Source: a virus (Duplodnaviria > Caudoviricetes). Taken from it: a DNA stretch of 64,000 nt. Location of the stretch: positions 128,001 to 192,000 of the IMG/VR virus record IMGVR_UViG_3300010355_000898. The stretch is one strand, 5' to 3'. The position numbers were made by a program, and so were the translations under genes. This document shows positions 43,631 through 55,093 of the stretch, one piece after another. The first letter of the stretch is position 1. Each line of letters begins with the position of its first letter. The notes beneath the pieces were generated by a model that was given only the letters and a program-made list of their open reading frames with translations, did no database searches and was not told where the DNA came from.

Positions 43631-46455
43631 ATTGTTCCCGATCTATGATATCTCCAATGAGAAAAACCTACCTGCTGCGTTTTTCCATATGTTGCATATT
43701 CATTTGTGTCAACATAATAACCTTCAAGTGTTTCATAATTCCCAGTTTGTATTTTCTGAATGTTGAGATCATTCAATGGAATTCTGATTTTTCTTCTTCC
43801 AGATCTGTACATTTTTGGTGCTGATTGAACACCACCTTGTGGATATGATGGCCAAGTTATGACATATAAACGTCCATCAGGACCTACCCAACTACAATCA
43901 AATACATTTTGAAAACCAAATGACTGAAAACTGAAAGTTGAATATTCTGGATTTGTTTTGAAAATGAGTGGCGATAGACCAAAAACTGACGTCCAATTTT
44001 TCAATTCTTCATTCTTTTTTGTGTACAAAAGACCCATCATATTTTTACCGCCATCGTATGAATATGAAAAAGTGTACAATTTATTTCCATCAAAATATTG
44101 TAATCCAGGATATTGATTAAAACTTGATCTCATCATTGTACTGAATTTATCACGTCCGGTATTTGTGTATATGTTAAAACTTGATGTTGTTACATTTGTA
44201 TAATTTCCTGACCAAACATTTCCATTACTTGCATTGAATGCAATCACATCTGTGTCAGTTGCTGCTATTGTTGCAAATTGATTTGTTTTTGATGAAAACC
44301 AAGAATAACCATTTGACTTCTCTGTTATATCAGGTGTAATTGGGCCAACTGAAGATGATGTAAATGGCGTTGTGATTTCATCACCAACAATTGTTGAATA
44401 TACAAATGTCCATTTTGATGCATCAGAAGGAAATATCAACATATTATTCAATGCCATTACATCAACTGCCGTTTGTTTGTGTGCAGTTTGTATTGTACTT
44501 GTGTAAGGATGTATTGACACAGATAAGGGTGTATACACTGATGCAGTGTAAATCATATATTTGAAATATCCCTGAAATAGATAGATTTTATTTCCCAATA
44601 TCAATGTTCTGTATGGACCTCGACCATCTCCGGAACTGCCATCATTTGATGATGGAAATGTACCGGCAAATGACCATACAGGATTTTCAGAATATGATGC
44701 TGACCAAATTTTATTTGTGTATGCTATTTGATTTGTGTTTGTACCATTTACATCACCAATTCCTGCAGCTGAACCACTCAATACACCACCATATGCATAC
44801 AATTTATCACCAATTCTTATGACATTGGTTGCTGCAAATGGTACATCAGAAATGTATTCCCAATCTCCAACGTTCAATACTTCTGGCGTCCAATAATCTG
44901 TGTATGATCCAGTACCAAATCTAATACAATTTTCAACTGTTAACGTTCCACTTACAGTTACGTCTCCACCAAAAAGTGCCCTTTTGGGATCTGAAACATC
45001 ACCAACAGTGCCGCTGACATAAAAATATACGTCAGTTTGAACATCTTCTGCAAATCTATTTTGTCCATCAATTGATATTGAACCGGTCGTTTTTTGTTGA
45101 TTTGTACCAACTGTCCAAGCACCATCAATAACTTTACCAAAAATTGTCAAATACTCTCTGCGCTCTGTCAACAAATACATACTGATCATACCAGTTTGCA
45201 TTGTTTCACCATCGAGTGTTGCAACATCCCAAGTGTACGCAGTTCCACCTTGGACTGCATATTGTAAATCAACAATATCACCAGAATTTAATGTAACAAT
45301 TCCTGATAACACTGCATTTGGCTCTCCTGGAACACCTATCCAAGATACATTTTGTAACAATGTTTCTGTTTGTCTTCTCAGCCTAAGACCAAAATATTGA
45401 CTATTTCCATATGCATTGAATTTTGAAAAGAAGATGTATTCACCATCCTGTGATACTGTCAATGATCCCGTTGTGTATGAAATTCCATTACTTATTTCAG
45501 AATTGATATAACATACATTATCAATGTTTGTCCATGTTGTTGCGCTGAATTGGTGTGATCCTGATGTTACACCCATGTATGTATTGATTGATCTTGATGC
45601 CAATGGTGTATCATCAAAACGTATATTGTATGCATTTCCAGGACCCAAATCAGTGTATGTTAATCCTGCACCAACTTGAATATAACGTTCATTATTCAAT
45701 GATGCAGTGGCATTCAGAACAAGATATGATGCATCCTTATCTGAAGCATCTGTGGCAGTTATTTCTATTTGACCATTACTTTGCGTAACAATTTGGATAT
45801 TGTTTCCAGCAACAAGATAACTTGTTCCATCTGCGAGTGTTTGCAATGAGCCACTCAATTGTTCAGAAACGATCTGCTGAGATGTAATATATGATGAAGA
45901 AATCAGTTGTGTGTAAACGTTGCCAGATGTGTATAAACTTCCGGTCAAAAATATATCACCAGTAATTGATCCACCTCCGCCACCTCCACCCGATGTCATC
46001 AATTTATGCCATTGACTATTGAACCAAAATAGAATGACAGAACCATAATTTTCTGTTATTTGTAATGTTGATGATGCATCAATGGTTCCAATGGCGGAGC
46101 TGATGTTGATATTGTAAAGTGCGCTACTGCCACTGACATCTTTCACAACAACCAATTGTCCATCCCTTGGAATTGATGGTAGAATAATGTTTATTGAACC
46201 GCCAAGTGGAATTCCACTGTTTGATACACAAATAATTGTGCAGTGTTCTGGAACATTGAACGTTGATAATGATTCATTTGCTGTGAATTCAATTGTTGAC
46301 AGTGAAAATTTTCCTGTCAATGTAAGTTCTTTAGGTTTTTGTAATATTCCTATCTGAACGTCACTTGTTATTGCAACTCTCAACAATTCATCTGTATTTG
46401 TGTCTTTCACAAACACAAATAGTGAATTTAGTATATCATCATTCTGAGTACGCAT
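43627..46455 (-). CDS. tail fibre-like protein with propeller-like C-terminus
   Basis: shares SGSLQ..GTSYLVAG and YVSGT..FGGD modules; GDKLYAYGG. Confidence 0.75.
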   Translation of the reverse strand: MRTQNDDILNSLFVFVKDTNTDELLRVAITSDVQIGILQKPKELTLTGKFSLSTIEFTANESLSTFNVPEHCTIICVSNSGIPLGGSINIILPSIPRDGQLVVVKDVSGSSALYNINISSAIGTIDASSTLQITENYGSVILFWFNSQWHKLMTSGGGGGGGSITGDIFLTGSLYTSGNVYTQLISSSYITSQQIVSEQLSGSLQTLADGTSYLVAGNNIQIVTQSNGQIEITATDASDKDASYLVLNATASLNNERYIQVGAGLTYTDLGPGNAYNIRFDDTPLASRSINTYMGVTSGSHQFSATTWTNIDNVCYINSEISNGISYTTGSLTVSQDGEYIFFSKFNAYGNSQYFGLRLRRQTETLLQNVSWIGVPGEPNAVLSGIVTLNSGDIVDLQYAVQGGTAYTWDVATLDGETMQTGMISMYLLTERREYLTIFGKVIDGAWTVGTNQQKTTGSISIDGQNRFAEDVQTDVYFYVSGTVGDVSDPKRALFGGDVTVSGTLTVENCIRFGTGSYTDYWTPEVLNVGDWEYISDVPFAATNVIRIGDKLYAYGGVLSGSAAGIGDVNGTNTNQIAYTNKIWSASYSENPVWSFAGTFPSSNDGSSGDGRGPYRTLILGNKIYLFQGYFKYMIYTASVYTPLSVSIHPYTSTIQTAHKQTAVDVMALNNMLIFPSDASKWTFVYSTIVGDEITTPFTSSSVGPITPDITEKSNGYSWFSSKTNQFATIAATDTDVIAFNASNGNVWSGNYTNVTTSSFNIYTNTGRDKFSTMMRSSFNQYPGLQYFDGNKLYTFSYSYDGGKNMMGLLYTKKNEELKNWTSVFGLSPLIFKTNPEYSTFSFQSFGFQNVFDCSWVGPDGRLYVITWPSYPQGGVQSAPKMYRSGRRKIRIPLNDLNIQKIQTGNYETLEGYYVDTNEYATYGKTQQVGFSHWRYHRSGTI

Positions 46456-46476
46456 ACAAATTGGCCAATCTAATTA

Positions 46477-49400
46477 TCATATAGTCAATTGACCATACTT
46501 TGTTGATGAAACATTGACTGTGCCAATGTTCATTATGTTAACATTGATGTCATTTCTATTCCTTGCTATTCCATCAAAAAATGGTAATGAACTGGTTGCA
46601 TACATGCTGAGATTACTTGACCATGTATTTTCTGCCAGTGTTTCTTTCCCGTTTGTGTCAAAAAATTTGATCTGTATTGGAGAATTTTGACTTGAATTTT
46701 TTTTGTTTGGATTTATGTAAGAAACGCTATTTTGAAATTCAAGAAGATCTCTAAATTGTCCAAATTTTCCTCTTCTAAAATGAACTCTTGAATATGTTGG
46801 TAGCGCACTGATGAGACCATATTTCCATCCTCTGATTATTGGTGATAAGCCTGCATAAGAAATTGCATTTCCACCTTCACTACTGTATGAATAGAATTTT
46901 TCAAGTCGTTGAAAATTTGGAAAATGTGTTGTTGTTGAATATTTTGCGCTGTGCAATTGCATATCACCATATCCATACAGACATTTGAGTGTATCTGTTT
47001 CTGTTGCAGATGCTGACATAATTGTTTGAATACCAGACAATTCAGCATCAGATTTATCAATTGGAACAATTGTGATTGAATCATCATAATTTTGTATGCC
47101 ATTGACCGAATTCACATATTCATCAATTTTTACTGCACCATATGTTGTATTGAATGGATTTGTACCTGTGAACCATACGTACAATTTTTGAACATTTATT
47201 GGCTGAATTTCTGCATTCAGATTAAAATCCCAAGATGCAATCAGATTTTGTTTGATTGACAACATTCTTCCAAAAGATGAATATCTATCAAAAATGAATG
47301 ATTTGGTGAATTGATTGTCACTTGCTGATGTAATGTCAAAAAATATGTGTGCTGAATATTTCTTATCATTGTCATCAATGTAACTATTAAATGGTGACCA
47401 ACCAGAATGTACTCCAATTTTTGCACCATCAAATTTTGCAATCTGTGATATTGATGGATAACATGAATCATACAATCTTTCATCATAATTGTAAGACATG
47501 ACAGTATTACGACAATTTCTTGCTCTTTGCCAATTTGGTTGTGCTCTGTATGCTGGGCTGTATGATGCATCTCTTGCATTCATGCCGCCATAAATTTCAG
47601 GAGGTTGACCTGGTATCCAAGAATCAAATGTTGGATCAGTATCTCTGAACACCAAGCCTCTGTTCGCAGACAGTGCCATGGCTGGATCTGGATTCATCTG
47701 ATCCCTCAATTTTTCATCAATAACTGGGTGTCTTATGTAATTGTCATATCCAGAACCTACGTAAGTAAATTTGTTTATGAGTTCAAATTGATCAATAACT
47801 GGTTCATCACCAATAATTGTTGAAACATATCCATTATTTTGTGTTTGGCTTGGAATAAATGTTTGTTTATCATTACTCAAATATGTTCCAAACAGTGTTA
47901 TTGATATGTCACCTTTTCCTATTTTTATATCATGTTCTGTAATTGTGCCGCTAAACTCAGAATTGAGATCATTAATGTACCTGACAAACGTTGCGGATCC
48001 TGATAAACCGGTAACCGGTCCAGCAATTGCTGGGCGATATTTTGATATTCCGATGATCAATTTATCATTTGGATACAAAATGTATGGTGCAGCTCTGTCT
48101 GTTCCTGCATACGTTGCCATGGTGTAATAAACATTGTTGTATGCACTTGATGTGGTTGGTACACTCAAATTTATTGATGAACTGTACAAATTGTTCGTTA
48201 ATTTGTAATGTTTTATTACGTTTTCATTCAATGCAAGATCACCACCCGTCGGACTGTACAGGTTGAAATCACCCATTATTGTAGAATTTTGTGCATACTG
48301 ATTTTTGTACAATCCTATACCAGCTTTTGATCTGCCAATTGATGAATATGCATACACATTTGTAACTTTTGTTTGCTGAATTTCACCATCAAACAATTGT
48401 GTCACATTGTTTTCATTCAAATTGAATGAATCAACATTATTGATTAGAGAATTGACAGTTGAAAATTGTTTTTCTGCAGATGAATTTGTTTTAGTTGTAC
48501 TTGCAAGATTAAACATGTTTGATACAATGCAACCATTGTCAATCTTTGACGTACAAAAAAGATTTACAGAACCTGTAAATTGATTTGAACCATCGTTTTG
48601 TACAACACCTTCAGGATCAATTCCAAATGATTTGAGACCAGTTGCAGATATTGTTGCATAACCCGGTTGGGCTTCACTACCACTCTGCTCAAGTATTATT
48701 GCATTTTTATTGATATCATTACTGTGTGTGAACGTACCTTTCAATATCAATTCTCTAGTTTTGAATTGATCACCAATTTGATTCATTAATGATACTGTTA
48801 CAGCTGGACCTCCTGCAAGATATTGGTGTTGATTTGAACTCATGCCAACACTTCCTGAGTTTGTTCTACAACCAAAACATGTTCCATCAAAAAACCATTT
48901 TTTTCCTGCTTCTATTGGAACTTGTATCAACGCTTTTTCGACCAAAAATGGATGATCAAGATTTACTGTTATTTGTTCACTGTTTGTTGCATTGAATTTT
49001 TGATTTTGAAATATGCTGTTGTCATGATATTTTATCAGATTGTTGAAAATTTTTGCGCCAATTTTATTTGTTGTTGACGTTAATACAGTCACCAATTCAT
49101 TGTTGTCTGCAAAATATTGACTGCTGGAAATGTGTGATGTTCCCAAAAAGCTATAGCCCTTTGCTTCACACCTATTGTTTGTTATTGTGTTTGCATAATA
49201 TGGACTAACAATTGATGATGTCAAATCATTAATTGGCCAATTGAAAGTTTGTGTTTCTTTATTGTAGTAGTAAATGCTTGCAGTGTTTGATAAGAGACTA
49301 ATTTTTGTATTGATTGGGAATTTGAGTTCTATTTTTTCTTTTGATGATAATGGAAGAGAAAATTGTGTCGTTGTGTCAATGAATGATCCGGATCCCCATG

Positions 49401-50811
49401 AACCAACATATTTTGATCCCATATCATTGAATGGTTGAATTGTGTCATACAAATTTGACCAATCATTTATGAATTCATCAGTTGCTGCTTTTGTAACAGA
49501 ACCGGTCAATTCAAAATCGCCAGTGTACAAATTTTGATCAAGTTGTATGTTCTTTTCACCATTTCCATAAAATCTTTGAAGCGTTGTTGGGTAATTTACA
49601 ACAATGTTCTGATCATAATTCAATGTTCTCAAATCATTGAATGGTCCATGATTATTGGTCAATAACTGATCAATCAATTTAATCTGTTTTCTTGGCAATA
49701 TTTTTCTTCTATTGCATGGTGGAATGAACTTCAACACCATCCCTGATTTTGAAGTACCAGGCCAATTTGTGATGTAATCAACGTTTTTATTCCATGGAAT
49801 ATTTGTTGTTATTTGTGTCGCTGAATTTCCATCATAATAGTAATCTATACCAGTTCTGTATCCTGCATCCTGATTGTAGATTGCATTCAGTTGATCATAA
49901 ACAGTTCCACCATATTTGTATCTTTTTCTGAATTGATCAACACCAAATTCTATTGAAAAATCTCTAAATTGTGGAATGCCATTTACGTGAACAACTCTAT
50001 GATATTCATATGTAACCAACCAAACTCCGACACTGACTTGTGTTTGTGTTTCTCCAACAATTTCAGATGTTGATGTGCTATTCAAATTTGAGTTTGTTGT
50101 GTATCTGTATTCAATTATTCCATTTTCATATATTGCACATTCATATGTTATGACACCAAATCCATATCTTGGTGCATCATTTGTATATGTGTTCCATCTG
50201 ATTAGAAGCCTTTTTCCAAATGATGAATGACTATCATAACAATAGTGTACACCATGATATTCAGGATTCCAATAGTTTGGTTTTGCTATCAAACCATTGT
50301 ATATTGGTTGAATTGATTTTTTATCTTCAATGTAAATGTTATCTGCAACAATTGGTGTGCCACTAACATCAACAGTTGGATAACTACTCAATATTGTATC
50401 ATATGTGTTGATTGCGCTATTAACATCACCTGGATACCATACCATCAATGCTATATTCACCAATGTCGATGGTGATGCAATGTTTGAATATCTTGGATTT
50501 GATAATGTGTTCTTATCATTGATTAAAATTGCAACTCCAGCATTGGTTACAAGAAAATTTGAATACTTTTCGCCATTGAATTCAAACGTGAAACCAATTG
50601 GTGTTTTTTGACTGTATGTATTTCCAGTTAAAGAATATTCTCCACCACCACTAACCTGACCGAGCCAAGAACCTGCTGCTGAGTTTGTTACAAATTTTTG
50701 AAATCGATTCCATGGTACAGCACTCAGACCACCGGCATTGTATTCTTTTACAAGAATGTAATCATCAATATTTCTTGTTGGTGCTTCTCTTAAACTTGCC
50801 GGAGTTGTCAT
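46477..50811 (-). CDS. large virion structural protein
   Basis: 1444 aa, S/T/N/G-rich; PIGFTFEFNG; FRRGKFGQFRDLLE. Confidence 0.75.
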   Translation of the reverse strand: MTTPASLREAPTRNIDDYILVKEYNAGGLSAVPWNRFQKFVTNSAAGSWLGQVSGGGEYSLTGNTYSQKTPIGFTFEFNGEKYSNFLVTNAGVAILINDKNTLSNPRYSNIASPSTLVNIALMVWYPGDVNSAINTYDTILSSYPTVDVSGTPIVADNIYIEDKKSIQPIYNGLIAKPNYWNPEYHGVHYCYDSHSSFGKRLLIRWNTYTNDAPRYGFGVITYECAIYENGIIEYRYTTNSNLNSTSTSEIVGETQTQVSVGVWLVTYEYHRVVHVNGIPQFRDFSIEFGVDQFRKRYKYGGTVYDQLNAIYNQDAGYRTGIDYYYDGNSATQITTNIPWNKNVDYITNWPGTSKSGMVLKFIPPCNRRKILPRKQIKLIDQLLTNNHGPFNDLRTLNYDQNIVVNYPTTLQRFYGNGEKNIQLDQNLYTGDFELTGSVTKAATDEFINDWSNLYDTIQPFNDMGSKYVGSWGSGSFIDTTTQFSLPLSSKEKIELKFPINTKISLLSNTASIYYYNKETQTFNWPINDLTSSIVSPYYANTITNNRCEAKGYSFLGTSHISSSQYFADNNELVTVLTSTTNKIGAKIFNNLIKYHDNSIFQNQKFNATNSEQITVNLDHPFLVEKALIQVPIEAGKKWFFDGTCFGCRTNSGSVGMSSNQHQYLAGGPAVTVSLMNQIGDQFKTRELILKGTFTHSNDINKNAIILEQSGSEAQPGYATISATGLKSFGIDPEGVVQNDGSNQFTGSVNLFCTSKIDNGCIVSNMFNLASTTKTNSSAEKQFSTVNSLINNVDSFNLNENNVTQLFDGEIQQTKVTNVYAYSSIGRSKAGIGLYKNQYAQNSTIMGDFNLYSPTGGDLALNENVIKHYKLTNNLYSSSINLSVPTTSSAYNNVYYTMATYAGTDRAAPYILYPNDKLIIGISKYRPAIAGPVTGLSGSATFVRYINDLNSEFSGTITEHDIKIGKGDISITLFGTYLSNDKQTFIPSQTQNNGYVSTIIGDEPVIDQFELINKFTYVGSGYDNYIRHPVIDEKLRDQMNPDPAMALSANRGLVFRDTDPTFDSWIPGQPPEIYGGMNARDASYSPAYRAQPNWQRARNCRNTVMSYNYDERLYDSCYPSISQIAKFDGAKIGVHSGWSPFNSYIDDNDKKYSAHIFFDITSASDNQFTKSFIFDRYSSFGRMLSIKQNLIASWDFNLNAEIQPINVQKLYVWFTGTNPFNTTYGAVKIDEYVNSVNGIQNYDDSITIVPIDKSDAELSGIQTIMSASATETDTLKCLYGYGDMQLHSAKYSTTTHFPNFQRLEKFYSYSSEGGNAISYAGLSPIIRGWKYGLISALPTYSRVHFRRGKFGQFRDLLEFQNSVSYINPNKKNSSQNSPIQIKFFDTNGKETLAENTWSSNLSMYATSSLPFFDGIARNRNDINVNIMNIGTVNVSSTKYGQLTI

Positions 50812-50812
50812 A

Positions 50813-51661
50813 TCAATATCCTATTCCACCAAATGCAATGCTATCGCCAAAAGGTGCATTATCATACATAAAACCTGTTGCAGCCATTTTTTCTCCAATT
50901 GGGACAGAATTTTCGTCACCATATTTGAGTGTACACAATACATTCAACACATCATTTTCAACGTTGATGTATGGAATCATTGATATCAATTTTTCATTGC
51001 ACACATCAATATATGTTTCAACTTTTCCTCTATTTACAAAGTTTTCATACTGTTCAACATCATAAGTTGCAATTCCATTATTCACTTGAATAACATCCAA
51101 AAATGGTTCTTTGTGATTGTGTGGATTGTATGGATAACTGTTCAAAATAAATTCTGATGACCCATATGCATCCGGATTACCATCTTCAAGTACACCAATT
51201 ACCTTGTCTGTTGAACCCACTTTTCTTTGCATATAGAGCTCAATAATGCCATTGAATTGTGCTGAAATTGTTGGAGTTTGTGGATCAGGTATGTATTCAG
51301 GAAAAGTGTGCAAATTTATTGCAGATTTCATTTGTTGTGTTAAGTTTATGATCACTTCTGATTTTGGATTGTTTTCTTCATCAGAATAGTACATTCTGAA
51401 ATCAGCATTCAAATCCTGTCCATACTCACAAATGAAACACTTATGTCCTGGTTCACCTGAAGTTATGTGATATAAACCCATGTCAAAATGTTTCATTAGT
51501 GTCAATTCGACACCCTGTCTGAAACGATCTATGGCTGATGTATCAATTGAAGAACTCATCAATACATTTGGTACAGTTTTATTTTGTAATATGTTGCCAA
51601 ATGAATCATCAAAGCTTGGTGACCAATTTGCATACTTCTGATCAAAGATTTGTTCTGTCAT
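50813..51661 (-). CDS. virion structural protein
   Basis: coupled in operon; C-terminal DSIAFGG. Confidence 0.7.
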   Translation of the reverse strand: MTEQIFDQKYANWSPSFDDSFGNILQNKTVPNVLMSSSIDTSAIDRFRQGVELTLMKHFDMGLYHITSGEPGHKCFICEYGQDLNADFRMYYSDEENNPKSEVIINLTQQMKSAINLHTFPEYIPDPQTPTISAQFNGIIELYMQRKVGSTDKVIGVLEDGNPDAYGSSEFILNSYPYNPHNHKEPFLDVIQVNNGIATYDVEQYENFVNRGKVETYIDVCNEKLISMIPYINVENDVLNVLCTLKYGDENSVPIGEKMAATGFMYDNAPFGDSIAFGGIGY

Positions 51662-54600
51662 AATGTATCATTTCCAATTTCAATGACTTGAATTGCAGAT
51701 TTTATGTCTGACCTTTCATTTTCACTCAAATACATTTCATTTGATGTGTATGCAATTCTATTCCTCTCAAGCATATGTGATTCGACAACAAATCTTATCC
51801 CATTGTACGTTGTCTTTTTGGGTATCAATTGATTTATGAAATTTCCAACAGTTTCATCAAACCATTTGTAGAATTCAAAAAACTCTTTAAACTTCAACCT
51901 ATCTTTTATTCTGTTGAAATATATATCTCTCAAATTTTCAATCATTGGATATTCAGAATTGTACAAATTTTCTGGTGCTCCTAGAGCGTTATCAAAATAA
52001 TCCAATGATGAGAAAATGTTGATGATATCGCGATTTAGACTGTCAATAAGAGAAAAATCTATTGACAATCTTGGATCATCTTTTATGGCTTCATTCAAAG
52101 CAGTTTCATAAATTGGGGCTGGAAGTGCCCATGGTTCATTGATATTCTCTTCAATTGTTCCCATTATTCTTATTCTTGAACCATTTATTGCCTCATCAAA
52201 ACTTGGTGACACAATGTTCTGATACATGATATCAGCGATCAATACATCATTCATATCAGAAAAACCAATACCATAAGATGGTCCAGCTGTCTCTGAAAAA
52301 TCTAAAAATGTAATATTTCCACCAATAGAATTCTTCACATCCTGATTGCATAAAGTATTCAATCTCAACTTTTGAAATGATCCACTTGACGTTGTGTTGT
52401 AATTCCAATTTATGTTTGGATCATTTACGCCAAAAGATAGTGGATTTCTTATGTGTTCAATGAATTCATTATCATCAACAGTCTTTGACCAAAATCTTAT
52501 ATTTCCTTGTCTACCTATAAATTCTGATGTTCTCACGTCTTGTGACAAATTTGCGTCATTCAAATTAGTCCCACCAGACATTTCAACAATGTATTCATTA
52601 CCAATCCTAATGTGTATACCATCAGCATTCTTTTCACTATCAAGTTTTCTGAATGATGATGAGATGTATTGTGTGTCATCATATGGATATTCATCAAAAC
52701 TCGATGATATCAACAGGAGATGTTCAATATCACCGCCAGATTGATTTCCAAGTTTCAAATACACAGATGAAGATTGAATTGGTAAATTTGCTTCATCACT
52801 TCTCACTAATCCAAAAGCATAATTCCAAATTTTTCCGTCATTAAACGTTTCACCAACAGGTGCTGACAATGTCAATGTTAACATATCCGCATTTTGTGAA
52901 TATGCTGATTTTATGTACAGATTGATTGTATCATCATTAACGTTATACACAAGATTTGAATGCAAAATTTCAACATTTGATGATCCACTTGACTGCAATC
53001 TTACTATTGATTGATTATTTTCAACAGAATTTATTGAAAATAGACCTTCTAAACACCATGAACCAGATGTATACATACCATTTGATGTCAAATTTTCTGC
53101 TATTTGTGTATCATAAGGCCAACCTGGTTCGACTTTTTTCCCAATTAGAGATGGTCCCATCATTAATGATCCAGAAATGAAATCAGTCATTGCAACTTGA
53201 ACTGTTTTAAGTTCTCTTGATCTTGAAATTTCTCCACTTGTTTCTCCACCATACTCTTTTATTCTGAGAGTATTGTCTGGATCAATGCCAATTGATCTTA
53301 AGAATGTTTTTATGCAATATTGGGTGCCCTTTGATCTCACAATTGATGGAAGATTTGTCAAAATTCTGCGCATCAATTCATTCTGAATTGATTTTATTGA
53401 CTGTTCATAATTTCCATAATCTTCATCAACGTTTTCAGAAAATAGAAATTGATCAGTTGTTGAATTGTTGAAAATTGAAGGTAAAGTTATGCCAGATGAA
53501 TTTGCATACCATTGCAAAAAATTTGATGGTATCGAACTATTTTTGTCATAATCAACAAAATTGAGTGAATTGAATTTGTCAGCAAACAATTTCAATTCGT
53601 CAAAATACTTTGCCCAAATGTACAAAAATGATAACATTATTTGAACACTTGACATTTTTCCTTGACCGGGAATTCCTTCACCTGAATAGAGATCACCATT
53701 TCCATCGAGTGCATCACTCTTTCCTGATTTGTATGCACCCTCAAGAAGATAATGTTGTGGAACCAATTTTGATATCATGTTTGGATTTGCATCATCATAC
53801 AATGATGCGCTGGTCATCAGCTCAATATTCAAATTTGATACATCTTGATTGTATGGGAACAGTATAACGTTTGACAAATATCTTTCATTGGTAACATTAC
53901 TGTGTTGATCCAATGATGAATTTTGTCTCAATAAACTTTCAGATATTATACCTGACTGATATATTGCATTATCATTTGAAAAAAAGTTTTGAATGGTTGA
54001 ATGTAAAGAATTTCCAGAACTATCAAGTACTATAGCATTTACACTATCATTTCCTGGACCTATTGGCGGTTGAGGTTCATTGAATTTATAGTACAGTTTC
54101 AAATCATCTGTTGCAAAGATATTCTTTTTTTCATAATTTTTCAGTTGTGTAACTGATCTCAAACTGTGAAATATTCTGAATTCATCCAAGGTTGCGTACA
54201 ACGTATCCAATGGTGTTATCACATCAGTTTCTGTTGTGAATGTTGATCCTGATCCAATCAGGAAATCATCAATATCAATATTCAGTTTTCCAAATGTATT
54301 TATCGTCTTGCTATCATACAATTCACAATTGTTCCACAATTCAATTGCATTGTAATTTTGTAATTCTTTATTGATTGCAATGTAAATGTGATTGAATTCA
54401 TTTTTCACAATGGGACATTGCACAGAAAATCTGTATGAACCAGAGTATATTGAAAATTCTGCATTTGTTGTATCAGAAATGTATGAAGATGATCTGATAT
54501 GAAATGTATAACCTTCATTGAGATTTGTGTTCTGTTTCTGAAAAACAATCTGATTGTGCAATGATCCAGTTGATATAAACAGTTGCATTTCAAATGAAAT

Positions 54601-55074
54601 GGATGTATTTGCATTCTGTGGATTAATCACAGATTGTCCAGATTTATCTTTTGAAAACTCAGGATACATTGCGCCTGCGTAATCTTTTACTTGTATGTAA
54701 GAGCCACTCTGAAATAACAGTTGTCCAGAATATTTTGGAAATTGTTCCAATACGTATTTATCATATCCTGTCAAACCATCAATGAATTTTTCAAATTCTT
54801 CCCTCGTTCCATCAAATGGATAATGATTACAGATCTGTTCAAATGCAAGATTTACTTTTGCTTGTGCAGACATAAAGAATGTATGATTTTCAAACTTTGA
54901 CCAATCCAAATCAAGTTGTTGTGTTGATTTTAATGGTGAATTTTGATGTTCATACAAAAATGATGTTGACAAAAAATTGTCAGTATCAGTGATTTGACTT
55001 AGTGACAATTCCAGTGGTTTTGAATTTGCAAATGCAAATTTGATGAAATCAGGGATATATTTTTGAACAGCCAT
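51658..55074 (-). CDS. baseplate wedge-like protein with LamG domains
   Basis: LDEFRIF, LKLYYKFNE, IVRSKGT, VVESHMLER. Confidence 0.75.
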   Translation of the reverse strand: MAVQKYIPDFIKFAFANSKPLELSLSQITDTDNFLSTSFLYEHQNSPLKSTQQLDLDWSKFENHTFFMSAQAKVNLAFEQICNHYPFDGTREEFEKFIDGLTGYDKYVLEQFPKYSGQLLFQSGSYIQVKDYAGAMYPEFSKDKSGQSVINPQNANTSISFEMQLFISTGSLHNQIVFQKQNTNLNEGYTFHIRSSSYISDTTNAEFSIYSGSYRFSVQCPIVKNEFNHIYIAINKELQNYNAIELWNNCELYDSKTINTFGKLNIDIDDFLIGSGSTFTTETDVITPLDTLYATLDEFRIFHSLRSVTQLKNYEKKNIFATDDLKLYYKFNEPQPPIGPGNDSVNAIVLDSSGNSLHSTIQNFFSNDNAIYQSGIISESLLRQNSSLDQHSNVTNERYLSNVILFPYNQDVSNLNIELMTSASLYDDANPNMISKLVPQHYLLEGAYKSGKSDALDGNGDLYSGEGIPGQGKMSSVQIMLSFLYIWAKYFDELKLFADKFNSLNFVDYDKNSSIPSNFLQWYANSSGITLPSIFNNSTTDQFLFSENVDEDYGNYEQSIKSIQNELMRRILTNLPSIVRSKGTQYCIKTFLRSIGIDPDNTLRIKEYGGETSGEISRSRELKTVQVAMTDFISGSLMMGPSLIGKKVEPGWPYDTQIAENLTSNGMYTSGSWCLEGLFSINSVENNQSIVRLQSSGSSNVEILHSNLVYNVNDDTINLYIKSAYSQNADMLTLTLSAPVGETFNDGKIWNYAFGLVRSDEANLPIQSSSVYLKLGNQSGGDIEHLLLISSSFDEYPYDDTQYISSSFRKLDSEKNADGIHIRIGNEYIVEMSGGTNLNDANLSQDVRTSEFIGRQGNIRFWSKTVDDNEFIEHIRNPLSFGVNDPNINWNYNTTSSGSFQKLRLNTLCNQDVKNSIGGNITFLDFSETAGPSYGIGFSDMNDVLIADIMYQNIVSPSFDEAINGSRIRIMGTIEENINEPWALPAPIYETALNEAIKDDPRLSIDFSLIDSLNRDIINIFSSLDYFDNALGAPENLYNSEYPMIENLRDIYFNRIKDRLKFKEFFEFYKWFDETVGNFINQLIPKKTTYNGIRFVVESHMLERNRIAYTSNEMYLSENERSDIKSAIQVIEIGNDTL

Positions 55075-55093
55075 TCTTGGCTCTAGATATCAC

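Noticed and set aside
40529-46455. Diversity-generating retroelement
   Set aside because: No reverse transcriptase and no adenine-specific TR/VR pair seen in this window
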